Assembly: GCA_031409335.1 (NCBI GenBank)
Contig: JANNWY010000141.1
Span: 15,635 to 79,634 of the forward strand
DNA length: 64,000 bases
Reading direction: 5' to 3'
DNA from: Chthoniobacteraceae bacterium
GTDB lineage: Bacteria; Verrucomicrobiota; Verrucomicrobiia; Chthoniobacterales; Chthoniobacteraceae
Under the pieces are notes generated by a model. That model had not been told where the DNA came from, did no database searches, and worked only from the letters and a program-made list of their open reading frames with translations. The translations under genes and the position numbers were made by a program. This document shows, one piece after another, positions 41,487 through 50,936 of the stretch; the stretch's first letter is position 1; every line of letters begins with the position of its first letter.

Positions 41487-42032
41487 GTGCGCGACGACGT
41501 CGAAAAAATTCTCTTTCATGAAGGCACGATCCTCGTGCGACTCGATGAACTCGCTGCGCAAATCACCGAGGACTATCGCGACAAGGATTTGACGGTCGTC
41601 GCAGTGCTCAACGGCTCGCTGATTTTCATGGCAGACCTTTTGCGCCGCGTGCCGCTGCCGCTGCGGCTGGATTGCCTCAGCGTGTCCAGTTACCACGGCG
41701 GGATCGAGAGCAGTGGTGTGGTGACTTTCGACCAAACCTCGCTGCCGGACATCGACGGGCGCCACGTCCTCATCCTCGATGACATCCTCGACAGCGGTCG
41801 CACGCTGCACGCGATCGGCGCGAAGCTGCGTGCGGAGACGAAGCCGTTGAGCGTGCGCAGTTGCGTGTTGCTCGCGAAGAAGAAGCAGCGCGCGGTCGAG
41901 ACGGAAGCGGATTATACGGGCTTCGAGATTGGCGATGAATTCGTGGTCGGCTACGGGCTCGACTACGAGGAGCGCTACCGGAATTTGCCGTTCGTCGGTG
42001 TGCTGCGACGGACGCTTTACGCGGGGAAATAG
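41487..42032 (+). CDS. hpt: Hypoxanthine phosphoribosyltransferase
   Basis: VLNGS..FMADL, VSSY, VLILDDILDSGRT PRPP loop and FVVGYGLDY..YRNLP. Confidence 0.95.
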   Translation: MRDDVEKILFHEGTILVRLDELAAQITEDYRDKDLTVVAVLNGSLIFMADLLRRVPLPLRLDCLSVSSYHGGIESSGVVTFDQTSLPDIDGRHVLILDDILDSGRTLHAIGAKLRAETKPLSVRSCVLLAKKKQRAVETEADYTGFEIGDEFVVGYGLDYEERYRNLPFVGVLRRTLYAGK

Positions 42033-42126
42033 AACGCGTTGTTTGAATCCGTGCGCGACGCTGCAATTTGAGCTTGCCCGAAAGAGGGACGGGCAGCGAG
42101 CGTGCGCTAACACCACCCTACTTCCC

Positions 42127-42720
42127 ATGCGTTCCCTCACCTTTCTACGTCTCCTTCCCATATTCGCGTTGTTCCTGTTTCCGTGCGTTTGCTCCAGTTT
42201 CGCGGAAGACTTCAAACCCGAGCCTGGATTCATCAGCCTCATCAACGGGAAGGATCTGACAGGCTGGCGCTACAAGCCGGATGAGAAATTCGATGGCAAG
42301 ACCGAGGCGAGCGATGGGCGCTACACGGCAAAGGATGGGATGATCGTGGTGAACGATTTCGACAAGGCGAAAGGCCCGCATCTTCGCCAGCTTTGGACGA
42401 CGCAGGAGTTCCCGAAAAATTTCATCCTGAAACTGGAATTCCGCGCATCGGTAAATGCGGACAGCGGCATCTTTATCCGCGAGCCGCAGCTACAATGTCG
42501 CGACTATCTGGTAGCTGGACCTTACAAGAATCTCAAGAGTTACAAGCCACAGGATTGGAACTTGATTGAAGTCACGGTGAAAGACGGCGTGGCGCGCTGC
42601 ACCTGCAATGGCGAGGTGCTGGAGGAGGCATTGAAAATGCCGGCAACCGGACCGATCGGACTCGAAGCGGATCGCGGGCAGATGGAGTATCGCCGCATCC
42701 AGCTCAAGGAACTGCCGTAA
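42127..42720 (+). CDS. Secreted DUF1080 (3-keto-disaccharide hydrolase-like) protein
   Basis: Signal peptide, F.SL.NGKDLTGW, NF.LKLEFR..DSG, W N.IEV.V and GPIGL..MEYR.I motifs. Confidence 0.85.
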   Translation: MRSLTFLRLLPIFALFLFPCVCSSFAEDFKPEPGFISLINGKDLTGWRYKPDEKFDGKTEASDGRYTAKDGMIVVNDFDKAKGPHLRQLWTTQEFPKNFILKLEFRASVNADSGIFIREPQLQCRDYLVAGPYKNLKSYKPQDWNLIEVTVKDGVARCTCNGEVLEEALKMPATGPIGLEADRGQMEYRRIQLKELP

Positions 42721-42726
42721 GACTAA

Positions 42727-42901
42727 CAGCCTGTTGAAAAACGTCGGTGCGGGCTCCTGATCCTGCTTTTGCTCCTGATCGTGATCTCAATTTGAGGGAT
42801 TGTTACTCAGTGAAATGGAGGAGCAAGATCAAGAGCAGGATCACGAGCAGGATCACGAGCAGGAATCCGGAATCGGAATCCGTGACTTCTTCAACAGTCT
42901 G
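42727..42901. mobile_element. MITE (175 bp) with terminal inverted repeats and a CTAA target-site duplication
   Basis: ctaa|cagcctgttgaaaaa ... ttcttcaacagtctg|ctaa, with an interior of inverted gagcag/gatcac hexamer repeats. Confidence 0.8.
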
Positions 42902-45367
42902 CTAAGGCAAGCTGACCTGCACGCGGTAGAAGTTGGTCGCGCCGGACGTAGCCAGATTTGCGTTGTAGGTCATCGTTCCGCCAGTGCCGCTCAGCAACCC
43001 GTTCGCCGCGATCCATGAACCCGTCGCGAGCGATGAACGCGCGAAGACTTGGTAGTTGCGGCCCGTCCTTGATGGCCAACTGACGGTAACCTGGCTGCCG
43101 CTGCGCGTGATGTTCGGACGCAGGATGCTTGACGGATTGCGCGGATCGGTAAGTGCGACATATTCGCCGGAGTTCGTACTCCCATCGCCATCGGGATCGA
43201 GTTGTGGTCCGATGGGATCGTTGGCAAGAACCACGCCCCAACGATCGACAGTCCACTGGGAATAGGCAGCGCTGACAACGTGAAGGGTCTGCGCGGGACT
43301 CGACGCGACGGCTTGCGCGGAACTGCCGCCGGTCGGAACCAAATAGACGCGAGCGGTGTGGGCGCCCGCGACGGCGAGCGGCTGGGAAATTGTCATATCG
43401 ATATTCTCGCTGCCCGCTGAAACGGGCTGCACCGCAGTGGATAGCAGAGTGCCAGAAGGACTGGAAAGCTCGAGCCTGAGATCCTGTGCAACGATGGTGG
43501 AGTATGCCACCGCGAAGCGAAACACTTCGCCACTCGGAACCACGGCTGGCTCGATCGCGAGCGCCACGGAATTCGCCGCGGGTGCAGGCGCGATTAGGAT
43601 CGGTCGCTCGCTGGTTTGCGCGAGCACAGCCGGATTCGTGAGCGTGCCTCGCAGGCTGTAAGCGCCCGCGGGATTTCCGACTGACTGGGTGACAATGATG
43701 TCCAGCAAACCGGATCCGCGCTTAACGCTGGCAGTGCCGCTGCCGCGAGGAACGCCGCTTGAATTCAAGAGCGTTACGCCAATCGTTGCGTTACCAGCGG
43801 CGACATATTGGACGCGAGTTGCAAAGGCAGCGGTGGAAGGGGTGGAGAGCGGTCCAGATACGATGTTGAGGAATGGAGAGACCGCCCGGGCCACCGGGTC
43901 CGGACCCGTGTAGCGAGTCAGAGCGTTAAGGTGATTGCCGCCGGTGGGTGTCAGGAAAATACTCCAGCGGTATGCGCTGCCGTCGATGAGGGATTGGTTG
44001 AGCGGGAAAGATACCGGGACCGTGCTCGTCTCCGCGCCGACGGGGATGCGGGTGCCGCCTTTGAAGTTAAAGTTCTGATCGAGTAAATCGACTTCGAGGT
44101 CACATGCACTCTGTGCCTTGACGTTCAGGGTCATGGCCACATTTCCACTCAGCGGCAGGATGGCTGGGATTTCGGTGGCGACGATATTGTTGGCATTCTG
44201 CGTGGCACCGAATTCCTGCGCGGTAAGGAAGTATGGCTGCCCACCGCGGAGGGTGCGCAGGGAACTGACAAACGCATTCCGCACGAGGGGATTTGCGGAC
44301 GCGCGCCAGTCCACGAGTTGATTCTGGGCTTCAGCCTCCCGTTTATAGTGATCGAACCAGTTGATGCATTTCATCTTTGGAAACGAGGTTGCAACGTCGG
44401 GCCCGTCGCCGCTCGCCCCGGAGATGTTGTAAAGCTGGCGAAACCATGCCTGTTTCATCGCCAGTTCATTGGCACCCGGTTGCTCCATGTTATAGAAGGC
44501 GGATGTTTCGGCGATGACGAGAGGTTTGTTGTGAATGCCATCGGAGCAGTAACGCGGGTAAAACCAGCGGGAATAGTTCGCGGGTATTCCGGGGTCGGCA
44601 GCGTTCATGACGCTCGCAAATTCTCCGGGATACGGCGGCTCATTCTCAAGCCAGGGATAGTTGATACCCCAATGGTAAATGGACAAACCGACCCAATCGA
44701 CCGCCGTATCTCCGGGATAGAACGGCCCGAACATATCGTCGGCCTGACTTAGCGTACCGTCGTTGTTCGTGTCGAGTTCCAAAAAATTGGGCGAGCCCGC
44801 CGCTGCCGAGTAAGCACCGGTCCCAAATGGGTAACCGATGCCGTTGTTTGGTGTCCAAACCATCGCGGTGCGAATCGTCCTGGAATGCACTGAACCGGCC
44901 ATGAGCTGAAACTTTTGACGGTAAAGGGCGGGCTGCTGGCACCAGGCGTACCAATTGCCGTTCATCTCGTGCGCGAAGCGGACCATGATGCCGCCGATGC
45001 CTTGCGATTCCTTTTGCGCGCATAGATTGGCGAAGTCGTCGCAGTTGGCAGAGCTGACGGCTGCCAGACCGTTGAAGGGTTCCAATGTGATCATCGCGAT
45101 GCCGCCGCTGGCACGCACTTGATCCAAAAAGTCCGACACGTTTTGGCGGGCTGCGGCATCCAGGGGAAATGAATAAAAGCGGGAGACGACGGCGGGAGTC
45201 AACCCGAGTCTGGCACTCAAGGCGGCAAACGAATCCTGATCGTCCGCGAGGATTCCGATGTAACAACCACTGGCGGGCTCGAGCCGCTCCAATGCCTTGC
45301 TCGATGGCACCAAAAAGAGCAGAGCCGCGAGCAATCTCGATATCGGGCCAAACACTGAACGTCTCAT
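42902..45367 (-). CDS. Secreted GH26 glycoside hydrolase with Ig-like repeats and C-terminal domain
   Basis: Signal peptide, RFAHEMNGNWY (acid/base), FYPGD..VDWVGLS.Y and IAET (nucleophile). Start overlaps the GT2 stop. Confidence 0.85.
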   Translation of the reverse strand: MRRSVFGPISRLLAALLFLVPSSKALERLEPASGCYIGILADDQDSFAALSARLGLTPAVVSRFYSFPLDAAARQNVSDFLDQVRASGGIAMITLEPFNGLAAVSSANCDDFANLCAQKESQGIGGIMVRFAHEMNGNWYAWCQQPALYRQKFQLMAGSVHSRTIRTAMVWTPNNGIGYPFGTGAYSAAAGSPNFLELDTNNDGTLSQADDMFGPFYPGDTAVDWVGLSIYHWGINYPWLENEPPYPGEFASVMNAADPGIPANYSRWFYPRYCSDGIHNKPLVIAETSAFYNMEQPGANELAMKQAWFRQLYNISGASGDGPDVATSFPKMKCINWFDHYKREAEAQNQLVDWRASANPLVRNAFVSSLRTLRGGQPYFLTAQEFGATQNANNIVATEIPAILPLSGNVAMTLNVKAQSACDLEVDLLDQNFNFKGGTRIPVGAETSTVPVSFPLNQSLIDGSAYRWSIFLTPTGGNHLNALTRYTGPDPVARAVSPFLNIVSGPLSTPSTAAFATRVQYVAAGNATIGVTLLNSSGVPRGSGTASVKRGSGLLDIIVTQSVGNPAGAYSLRGTLTNPAVLAQTSERPILIAPAPAANSVALAIEPAVVPSGEVFRFAVAYSTIVAQDLRLELSSPSGTLLSTAVQPVSAGSENIDMTISQPLAVAGAHTARVYLVPTGGSSAQAVASSPAQTLHVVSAAYSQWTVDRWGVVLANDPIGPQLDPDGDGSTNSGEYVALTDPRNPSSILRPNITRSGSQVTVSWPSRTGRNYQVFARSSLATGSWIAANGLLSGTGGTMTYNANLATSGATNFYRVQVSLP

Positions 45368-47523
45368 CTGGCCTCGGCGAGCGGATACATGCGAACTCCG
45401 GCACGAATATATTCCCAGCCGGCGCTCAGCTCACTCTTTGCCTTGGCATCCCATTGGCGCGGCTGGCAATAGAGTTCGGCGATCATACGACGGTAGAGAG
45501 GGAGCGGCAGCTCGGGCAACGCCAGGTGAATCTGGCCGTCGTGGGTGTCGGCCAGAATGCGCACGGGGAGGCCGTCAAACCCGAGTTCGGGAATGGAAAG
45601 CAGGGCGTGATTTGGGAATGCACAGTAGGTTTCAAAGCGCGGGATCAGAATCTCATCTTCGGAGATAGCAGAAGTGGAGCCACTCGCGCGACCGGTTTCC
45701 CATTTGAGATCGAAGGTCAGCAATTTCGGAAAGCGGCGGAAGCGCGTGGTGTGAGTCACATCCATCGAGACGAGGGTGCAGACCCAGAGGATGCTCATAT
45801 TGGACAAAGTGAAAAACAGCACGATCCAGAACGCGTCCCGCTGTTCGAGATGCCGGTTGGCGGCAACGGCGCACACAATTCCGATTACGTGAAGAACCAG
45901 AAGGAAAATGAACGGAGCGGCAATGGTCCAATTTACTGAAACGCGATCGGTGCGATGGGCTTTGTTGGTCACGCGGAAACCGGCTCCAAACGGGTTGAAG
46001 ATGCTCTTGAGAACGGTGAGACCCATGGTCGGCGCGAGGAAGGCATCGTAGAGCTCGGACCAGAAGGCGGAACGCATTCGATGGGTCAGCCATGAATACA
46101 GGAAATAGTAACCAATGGTGAATGGCATCCGATAGAAGATCATCTCGTACACCGTCATGTTCATCACGAGCACTCCGCCGAAGAGGAAGAACAGGGGCAG
46201 AATCAGGGTTAGAAAATTGCAGATGCTCCCGAGGTAGTAGAGAATGGAGGCCATGTGCAGCGCGCGCTGCTTCCACTCGAGGCCACGAATGCGGAGCGGG
46301 TGCGTGCTGGCGAACATTCCCTGCAACGTTCCCTGCGCCCACCGGGCGCGCTGCTGGACGAACTCCCCACACGTGTCGGCGGCCATGCCCGCCGACAAGG
46401 CTTCGTTTAGGTAGTAGAGCTTGAAACCGGCGGCCTGCATTTTGATCGACGTGGCCCAGTCTTCGGTGATCGTTTCAGTGGGAATTCCGCCGATGGCTTC
46501 GATCGCGGATCGTCGGGCGATGAAACAACTGCCGTGGCAGACGATGGCGTTGGCCGCGTCGCGGGCGGGCTGGAGGGTGCGGAAGAAGAGCTTCTGTTCG
46601 TCTTCGAGCGCATGTTCGAGGCCGAGGTTTCGCGTGACGGCGTCGTCGTTGTAGAAGTTCTGCGGCGTTTGCACCATGGCCACCTCCGGGTCTTGGAAGA
46701 AGCCCGCGGTGCGTGCGATGAAATCCTTTGTCGGGATGAAGTCCGCATCGAAAAAGACGATGAGTTCTCCGGTGCTGTGTTCGAGGGCGTGGTTGAGATT
46801 GCCCGCTTTCGCGTCGCGGTTGTCGGGCCGGTCCAGGTAGCGGCATCCGAGTTCCTCCGCGAGCAAGTGCATCTGCGGACGGCGCATGTCGTCGAGCAGC
46901 CAGATGGTCATGTTCGGATAGTCCATCGCCTGGCAGCCGACGATGCTGCGGCGGAGGAGTTCGACAGGCTCGGAATAGGTGGGGAGATAGACATCGACGC
47001 TTGGAAGATATTCGCCAGCCTGAATGGCGCGTTCCGACTCGTCCGCTTCACGGGAGCGATCGGTGACCCGCAGCATGGAAAAATTACCGATCGCGATGCG
47101 GGCGTGGATGACTAGCTCCGAAAGGAAAAAGGCGATGCAGACGATGGCATTGGCCAGCGTGTCGAAGTTCAATGTCCAAGTTAGTCGGAAGACTAGATAG
47201 CAGACTTGGAAAATCAAAAAAATGGTGGCGACCGGGAGGCGTATCCAGTTTGGGGGACGGTCCCAAAGCAATTGAAGGACGAGAGCCAGCACACCCATGA
47301 ACGCGGTCGGCAGGCAGGCGATCAGGAGGGGCGAATGCTCGGTGACATTCCAGAGATTTCGATGCGCCCATGTGTAAAAAGTGGCCCAACTTCGCAAGGA
47401 GAGATCCCATGCAGCGTCCGGCCAGCAGCCGAGGACGACTACTGCTGCTGCGAGAACGGTGATGAAAAGCGTCCACTCCCAAGGAAAGACCTGAGGTCTT
47501 TCGGCGGCGACCGCGCGCTTCAT
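45364..47523 (-). CDS. Processive GT2 polysaccharide synthase (cellulose-synthase BcsA/BgsA-like)
   Basis: PTYSE, LLDD, AKAGNLN, FDADF, QTPQ, TED, QRARW and F.VT.K motifs with flanking TM helices. C-terminal PilZ-like region is degenerate. Confidence 0.9.
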   Translation of the reverse strand: MKRAVAAERPQVFPWEWTLFITVLAAAVVVLGCWPDAAWDLSLRSWATFYTWAHRNLWNVTEHSPLLIACLPTAFMGVLALVLQLLWDRPPNWIRLPVATIFLIFQVCYLVFRLTWTLNFDTLANAIVCIAFFLSELVIHARIAIGNFSMLRVTDRSREADESERAIQAGEYLPSVDVYLPTYSEPVELLRRSIVGCQAMDYPNMTIWLLDDMRRPQMHLLAEELGCRYLDRPDNRDAKAGNLNHALEHSTGELIVFFDADFIPTKDFIARTAGFFQDPEVAMVQTPQNFYNDDAVTRNLGLEHALEDEQKLFFRTLQPARDAANAIVCHGSCFIARRSAIEAIGGIPTETITEDWATSIKMQAAGFKLYYLNEALSAGMAADTCGEFVQQRARWAQGTLQGMFASTHPLRIRGLEWKQRALHMASILYYLGSICNFLTLILPLFFLFGGVLVMNMTVYEMIFYRMPFTIGYYFLYSWLTHRMRSAFWSELYDAFLAPTMGLTVLKSIFNPFGAGFRVTNKAHRTDRVSVNWTIAAPFIFLLVLHVIGIVCAVAANRHLEQRDAFWIVLFFTLSNMSILWVCTLVSMDVTHTTRFRRFPKLLTFDLKWETGRASGSTSAISEDEILIPRFETYCAFPNHALLSIPELGFDGLPVRILADTHDGQIHLALPELPLPLYRRMIAELYCQPRQWDAKAKSELSAGWEYIRAGVRMYPLAEAR

Positions 47524-48482
47524 TGCTTCGGCAATTCGAGTGCGACGCTTCGTCCGACGCCAAAGAACTCCGACGCAGGAAATGGATTCTCGGATTCCAG
47601 CCGCACGCGCAGGGCGATGCGGCGCTGGGCAAATTCGCCCGGGGCGACCGCGCCGGAATTGCCGACGGGGACACGACCGACTCCCGCACGGACCGATTCG
47701 ACGCGACCTTGCAGCACGCGCTGATCGTCAAGCAGACGCACGGTCACCTGCATTCCCACACGGAATTTTCCCGCATGCCTTTCGGGCAAATAGGCATCGA
47801 CCCGCACGTTTTTGGCTTCGATGAGTTGAAGCGTTGTTTCATGTGGCTGGACGAATGCGCCGTCCTGCACGGGTGCCGCCCACACGACACCGTCGAAGGG
47901 AGCCGGCACCGTCATCGACTGAAGAACCGACGCTTGCTTTTCGAGAGCCGCCCGCCGTTTTTCGGCAAGTTCGAGTTGCTCCCGGCGCTTTGCCGCGCTC
48001 GAGCGTGCCGAGGTCACTTTCACCTCTTCCTCCATGAATTGCACCTGCGACATCAGCTTCTCGCGATTCATCACCGCGGCGCGCTGGTAGATTTGTTCGA
48101 TCTTTGGCAAACGGGCGTCGGCTTCTTCGCATTCCGCGCGCAGCCGTTCGATCGTTTCCTGCATGCGGTTCAATTCGGACGCCATCGGTGTGTTGGCGAA
48201 TTGGGTATTGTCGATTTGAAGCAGCGTGGTGCCAGCATCGACGACCGCTCCGGGCGCGACATTCGTCATCCGCAATGCCCCTGCGATCGGCGCGCGCAGC
48301 GGTGTTATTTCCGCGTTGATGTAAGCCTGGTCGCTCACCACCACGGTCGCGGCCCGCCAGCCGAGAAAGGCGAGCCCCGCGAGCAGCGCCGCGGCCAGGA
48401 TCAGTCGGAAGGTGCGGAAGAATGTTCGGCGCGGTGAACTGGATCTGCCCGTTTTTGGCACCGCCTTTACCTGCATGTGCAT
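47520..48482 (-). CDS. HlyD-family membrane fusion (periplasmic adaptor) protein
   Basis: N-terminal TM, lipoyl half-motifs LRAPIAG and VPAPFDGVV, alpha-hairpin coiled coil. SD aagga upstream; ATGA overlap with GT2. Confidence 0.85.
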   Translation of the reverse strand: MHMQVKAVPKTGRSSSPRRTFFRTFRLILAAALLAGLAFLGWRAATVVVSDQAYINAEITPLRAPIAGALRMTNVAPGAVVDAGTTLLQIDNTQFANTPMASELNRMQETIERLRAECEEADARLPKIEQIYQRAAVMNREKLMSQVQFMEEEVKVTSARSSAAKRREQLELAEKRRAALEKQASVLQSMTVPAPFDGVVWAAPVQDGAFVQPHETTLQLIEAKNVRVDAYLPERHAGKFRVGMQVTVRLLDDQRVLQGRVESVRAGVGRVPVGNSGAVAPGEFAQRRIALRVRLESENPFPASEFFGVGRSVALELPKQ

Positions 48483-48584
48483 GGCTATCCTTTCCGCGCC
48501 GGGAGCGCTGCGGGTCCCGGGAGGCACGATTCAAAGTTGATGGATGGGCGATGGCTCTTCATTCTAAAAAGTATGATGGATATA

Positions 48585-48600
48585 AGCAAGGCGCTCGCCA
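48585..48600 (-). promoter_or_regulatory. Putative sigma54 (-24/-12) promoter of the HlyD-GT2-GH26 operon
   Basis: Minus strand reads TGGCGAGCGCCTTGCT, i.e. TGGC..TTGCT with exact GG-N10-GC spacing, ~100 bp upstream of the HlyD start. Confidence 0.55.
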
Positions 48601-48687
48601 GAATTCCAAAAAATTACCGCTTCCCTTCACAAATCTTCGTCGGAAGAAAGCTTCTATGTTCCCGTTGCCTCGGCCATCCTTCGATGG

Positions 48688-49452
48688 ATGAAACCAGCCT
48701 TCCTCCTCGCCGCCACGATGTTCACCACCGCTCTCACAGCCGTCGCCGCTGACAAAGACACGCGCGTTTTCGAGATGCGCACCTACTACGCTGCTGCTGG
48801 AAAACTCGACGCGCTTCATGCCCGTTTCCGCGATCACACGACGCGGCTTTTTGAAAAGCACGGGATGACGAATATCGGCTACTGGACGCCGATCGAAAAC
48901 GCGGACAGCAGGCTCATCTACGTGCTGGCGTATCCCGACCGGGTGGCGCGCGAGGCTTCGTGGAAAAATTTCATGGCCGACCCGGACTGGCAGAAGGCTT
49001 ACAAGGCCAGCGAAACGACCGGCGCGCTCGTCGCGAAGGTTGAGCAGTTGTTTATGAACGCGACCGACTTTTCGCCAGCGATCAAGCCCTCCACGGATTC
49101 CGCCGGGCGCGTTTTTGAAATGCGGACCTACACGACGACGCCGGGAAATCTCCCCGGACTCCACGCGCGTTTCCGCGATCACACGATCGGACTTTTCGCG
49201 AAGCACGGGATGACGAATCTTTTCTACTGGCAGCCCACCGCGGATCAAAAAGGCGCGGACAACACGCTCGTTTACATCCTCGCTCATGCCGGGGTGGATG
49301 CGGCGAAGGCGTCGTTCGATGCCTTTCGCGCGAATCCCGACTGGGTCGCTGCGAAGAAGGCCTCCGAAGACAAAGCCGGTGGCTCGCTGACGGTGCCGGA
49401 CGGTGTAAAATCCGTCTTCATGAAGGCGACAGACTACTCGCCGACGCGGTAG
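48688..49452 (+). CDS. Secreted tandem NIPSNAP family protein
   Basis: Signal peptide and two copies of VFEMRTY..G.L..LHARFRDHT..LF.KHGMTN..YW. Confidence 0.88.
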   Translation: MKPAFLLAATMFTTALTAVAADKDTRVFEMRTYYAAAGKLDALHARFRDHTTRLFEKHGMTNIGYWTPIENADSRLIYVLAYPDRVAREASWKNFMADPDWQKAYKASETTGALVAKVEQLFMNATDFSPAIKPSTDSAGRVFEMRTYTTTPGNLPGLHARFRDHTIGLFAKHGMTNLFYWQPTADQKGADNTLVYILAHAGVDAAKASFDAFRANPDWVAAKKASEDKAGGSLTVPDGVKSVFMKATDYSPTR

Positions 49453-49545
49453 GGCAGCGTTCGCGATTCCGCGCGTTGACGCCGGTCGTCACGCCGCTTG
49501 CGCGCTCGGATTGGCGTCGATAGTTTCGCGCCCTTTTCCACGCCT

Positions 49546-50931
49546 ATGAACGAGCCAATTCGCCATATTCACTTCATCGGGATCTGCGGCACTGCCATGG
49601 GCGCGGTCGCGGCTGCCATGCGCGCGAAGGGTTTTACCATCACGGGCTCGGACGCGGGCGTGTATCCGCCGATGTCCACGTTTTTGGAAAGCAAAGGCAT
49701 CGTGCTGAGTGAAGGTTATCGCGCGGAAAACATCCCGGCGTCGGCGGACCTCATCGTCGTCGGCAATGCGATCTCGCGCGGCAACGCGGAAGTCGAAGCG
49801 GTGCTCAATCGCAAGCTGTACTACCTCTCGCTGCCCGAGACGCTGAAGCAGTTCTTCCTGCGGGGACGGCACAATCTCGTCGTCACCGGCACGCATGGGA
49901 AAACGACGACGACTTCGCTGCTCGCGTGGATTTTGAAAAGCGCGGGGCTCGATCCGGCCTACATGATCGGCGGCATCGCGAAGAATCTCGGCCAGGGCTG
50001 CGTGCTGAATGACTCGCGCCACGTGGTGCTCGAAGGCGACGAATACGACACGGCGTTTTTTGACAAGCGCTCGAAGTTTCTCCACTACCTCCCCGAGCTT
50101 GTCGTCATCAACAATATCGAGTTCGACCACGCGGATATTTACGCGTCGATCGACGAGATCAAACTGAGCTTTCGCCGCCTGCTGAACATCGTGCCCGAGA
50201 ACGGAATGGTGCTCATCAATGCCGACGATGCGAACTGCGTGGAGGTCGCCGCGAACTGCCGCGCGCAGCTCGTCGAGGTCGGCTTTTCCGAAAATGCCGC
50301 GCGCCACATCCGCGATGTGAGATATCACGAGACTGGCTGCGAATTCACGCTGCTGGAGACCCGCTTCACGCTGCCGATGGCGGGCGAATACAATGTGCGC
50401 AACGCGGCGATGGCGATCAGCGCGGCGCATTTTTACGGAGTGAAGCTGGACGAAATCGTGAAGGCCGTGGGCACCTTTGCAGGCGTAAAGCGGCGGCAGG
50501 AAATCCGCGGCGAAGTGCGCGGGATGAAGGTGATCGACGACTTCGGCCATCATCCCACCGCGATCGCGCAAACGCTGCGCGGCCTGCGCGCCCAGTTTCC
50601 GGGACGCCGGCTGTGGGCGGTCTTCGAGCCGCGCTCGAACACGACGCGGCGCGCGATTTTCCAGCACGAACTCCCGCGCGCGCTCGCCGAAGCGGACGGC
50701 GTGGTGATGGCGCAGGTCGCGCGGATGGATCAGCTCCCGCCCGATCAGCGGCTCGATCCTGAGCAGGTCGTGGCCGACATCGCGGCCACGGGACGGCCCG
50801 CTTTTTACGAGCCCGATGTGGATGCGATCATCGCGCGTTTGCGCCCGCTCGTGAAAGCGCCGGATGTGATCGTGATCCTGAGCAACGGCGGTTTCGGAAG
50901 CATCCACGAGCGATTGCTGAAAGAGCTTTAG
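49546..50931 (+). CDS. mpl: UDP-N-acetylmuramate:L-alanyl-gamma-D-glutamyl-meso-diaminopimelate ligase
   Basis: IHFIGICGTAMG, YPPMST, GTHGKTTT, EGDEYDTAFFDKRSKF, DDFGHHPTAI, EPRSNT and SNGGFG motifs. Confidence 0.93.
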   Translation: MNEPIRHIHFIGICGTAMGAVAAAMRAKGFTITGSDAGVYPPMSTFLESKGIVLSEGYRAENIPASADLIVVGNAISRGNAEVEAVLNRKLYYLSLPETLKQFFLRGRHNLVVTGTHGKTTTTSLLAWILKSAGLDPAYMIGGIAKNLGQGCVLNDSRHVVLEGDEYDTAFFDKRSKFLHYLPELVVINNIEFDHADIYASIDEIKLSFRRLLNIVPENGMVLINADDANCVEVAANCRAQLVEVGFSENAARHIRDVRYHETGCEFTLLETRFTLPMAGEYNVRNAAMAISAAHFYGVKLDEIVKAVGTFAGVKRRQEIRGEVRGMKVIDDFGHHPTAIAQTLRGLRAQFPGRRLWAVFEPRSNTTRRAIFQHELPRALAEADGVVMAQVARMDQLPPDQRLDPEQVVADIAATGRPAFYEPDVDAIIARLRPLVKAPDVIVILSNGGFGSIHERLLKEL

Positions 50932-50936
50932 GAGGC

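Noticed and set aside
40332..42720. TIM-barrel epimerase plus DUF1080 as a 3-keto-glycoside pathway cluster
   Set aside because: Divergent and separated by hpt, with no partner oxidoreductase nearby. Both families are abundant in PVC genomes.
42800..43018. 72-aa ORF with EQDH repeats
   Set aside because: Translation of the MITE hexamer repeats, running antisense into the GH26 gene.
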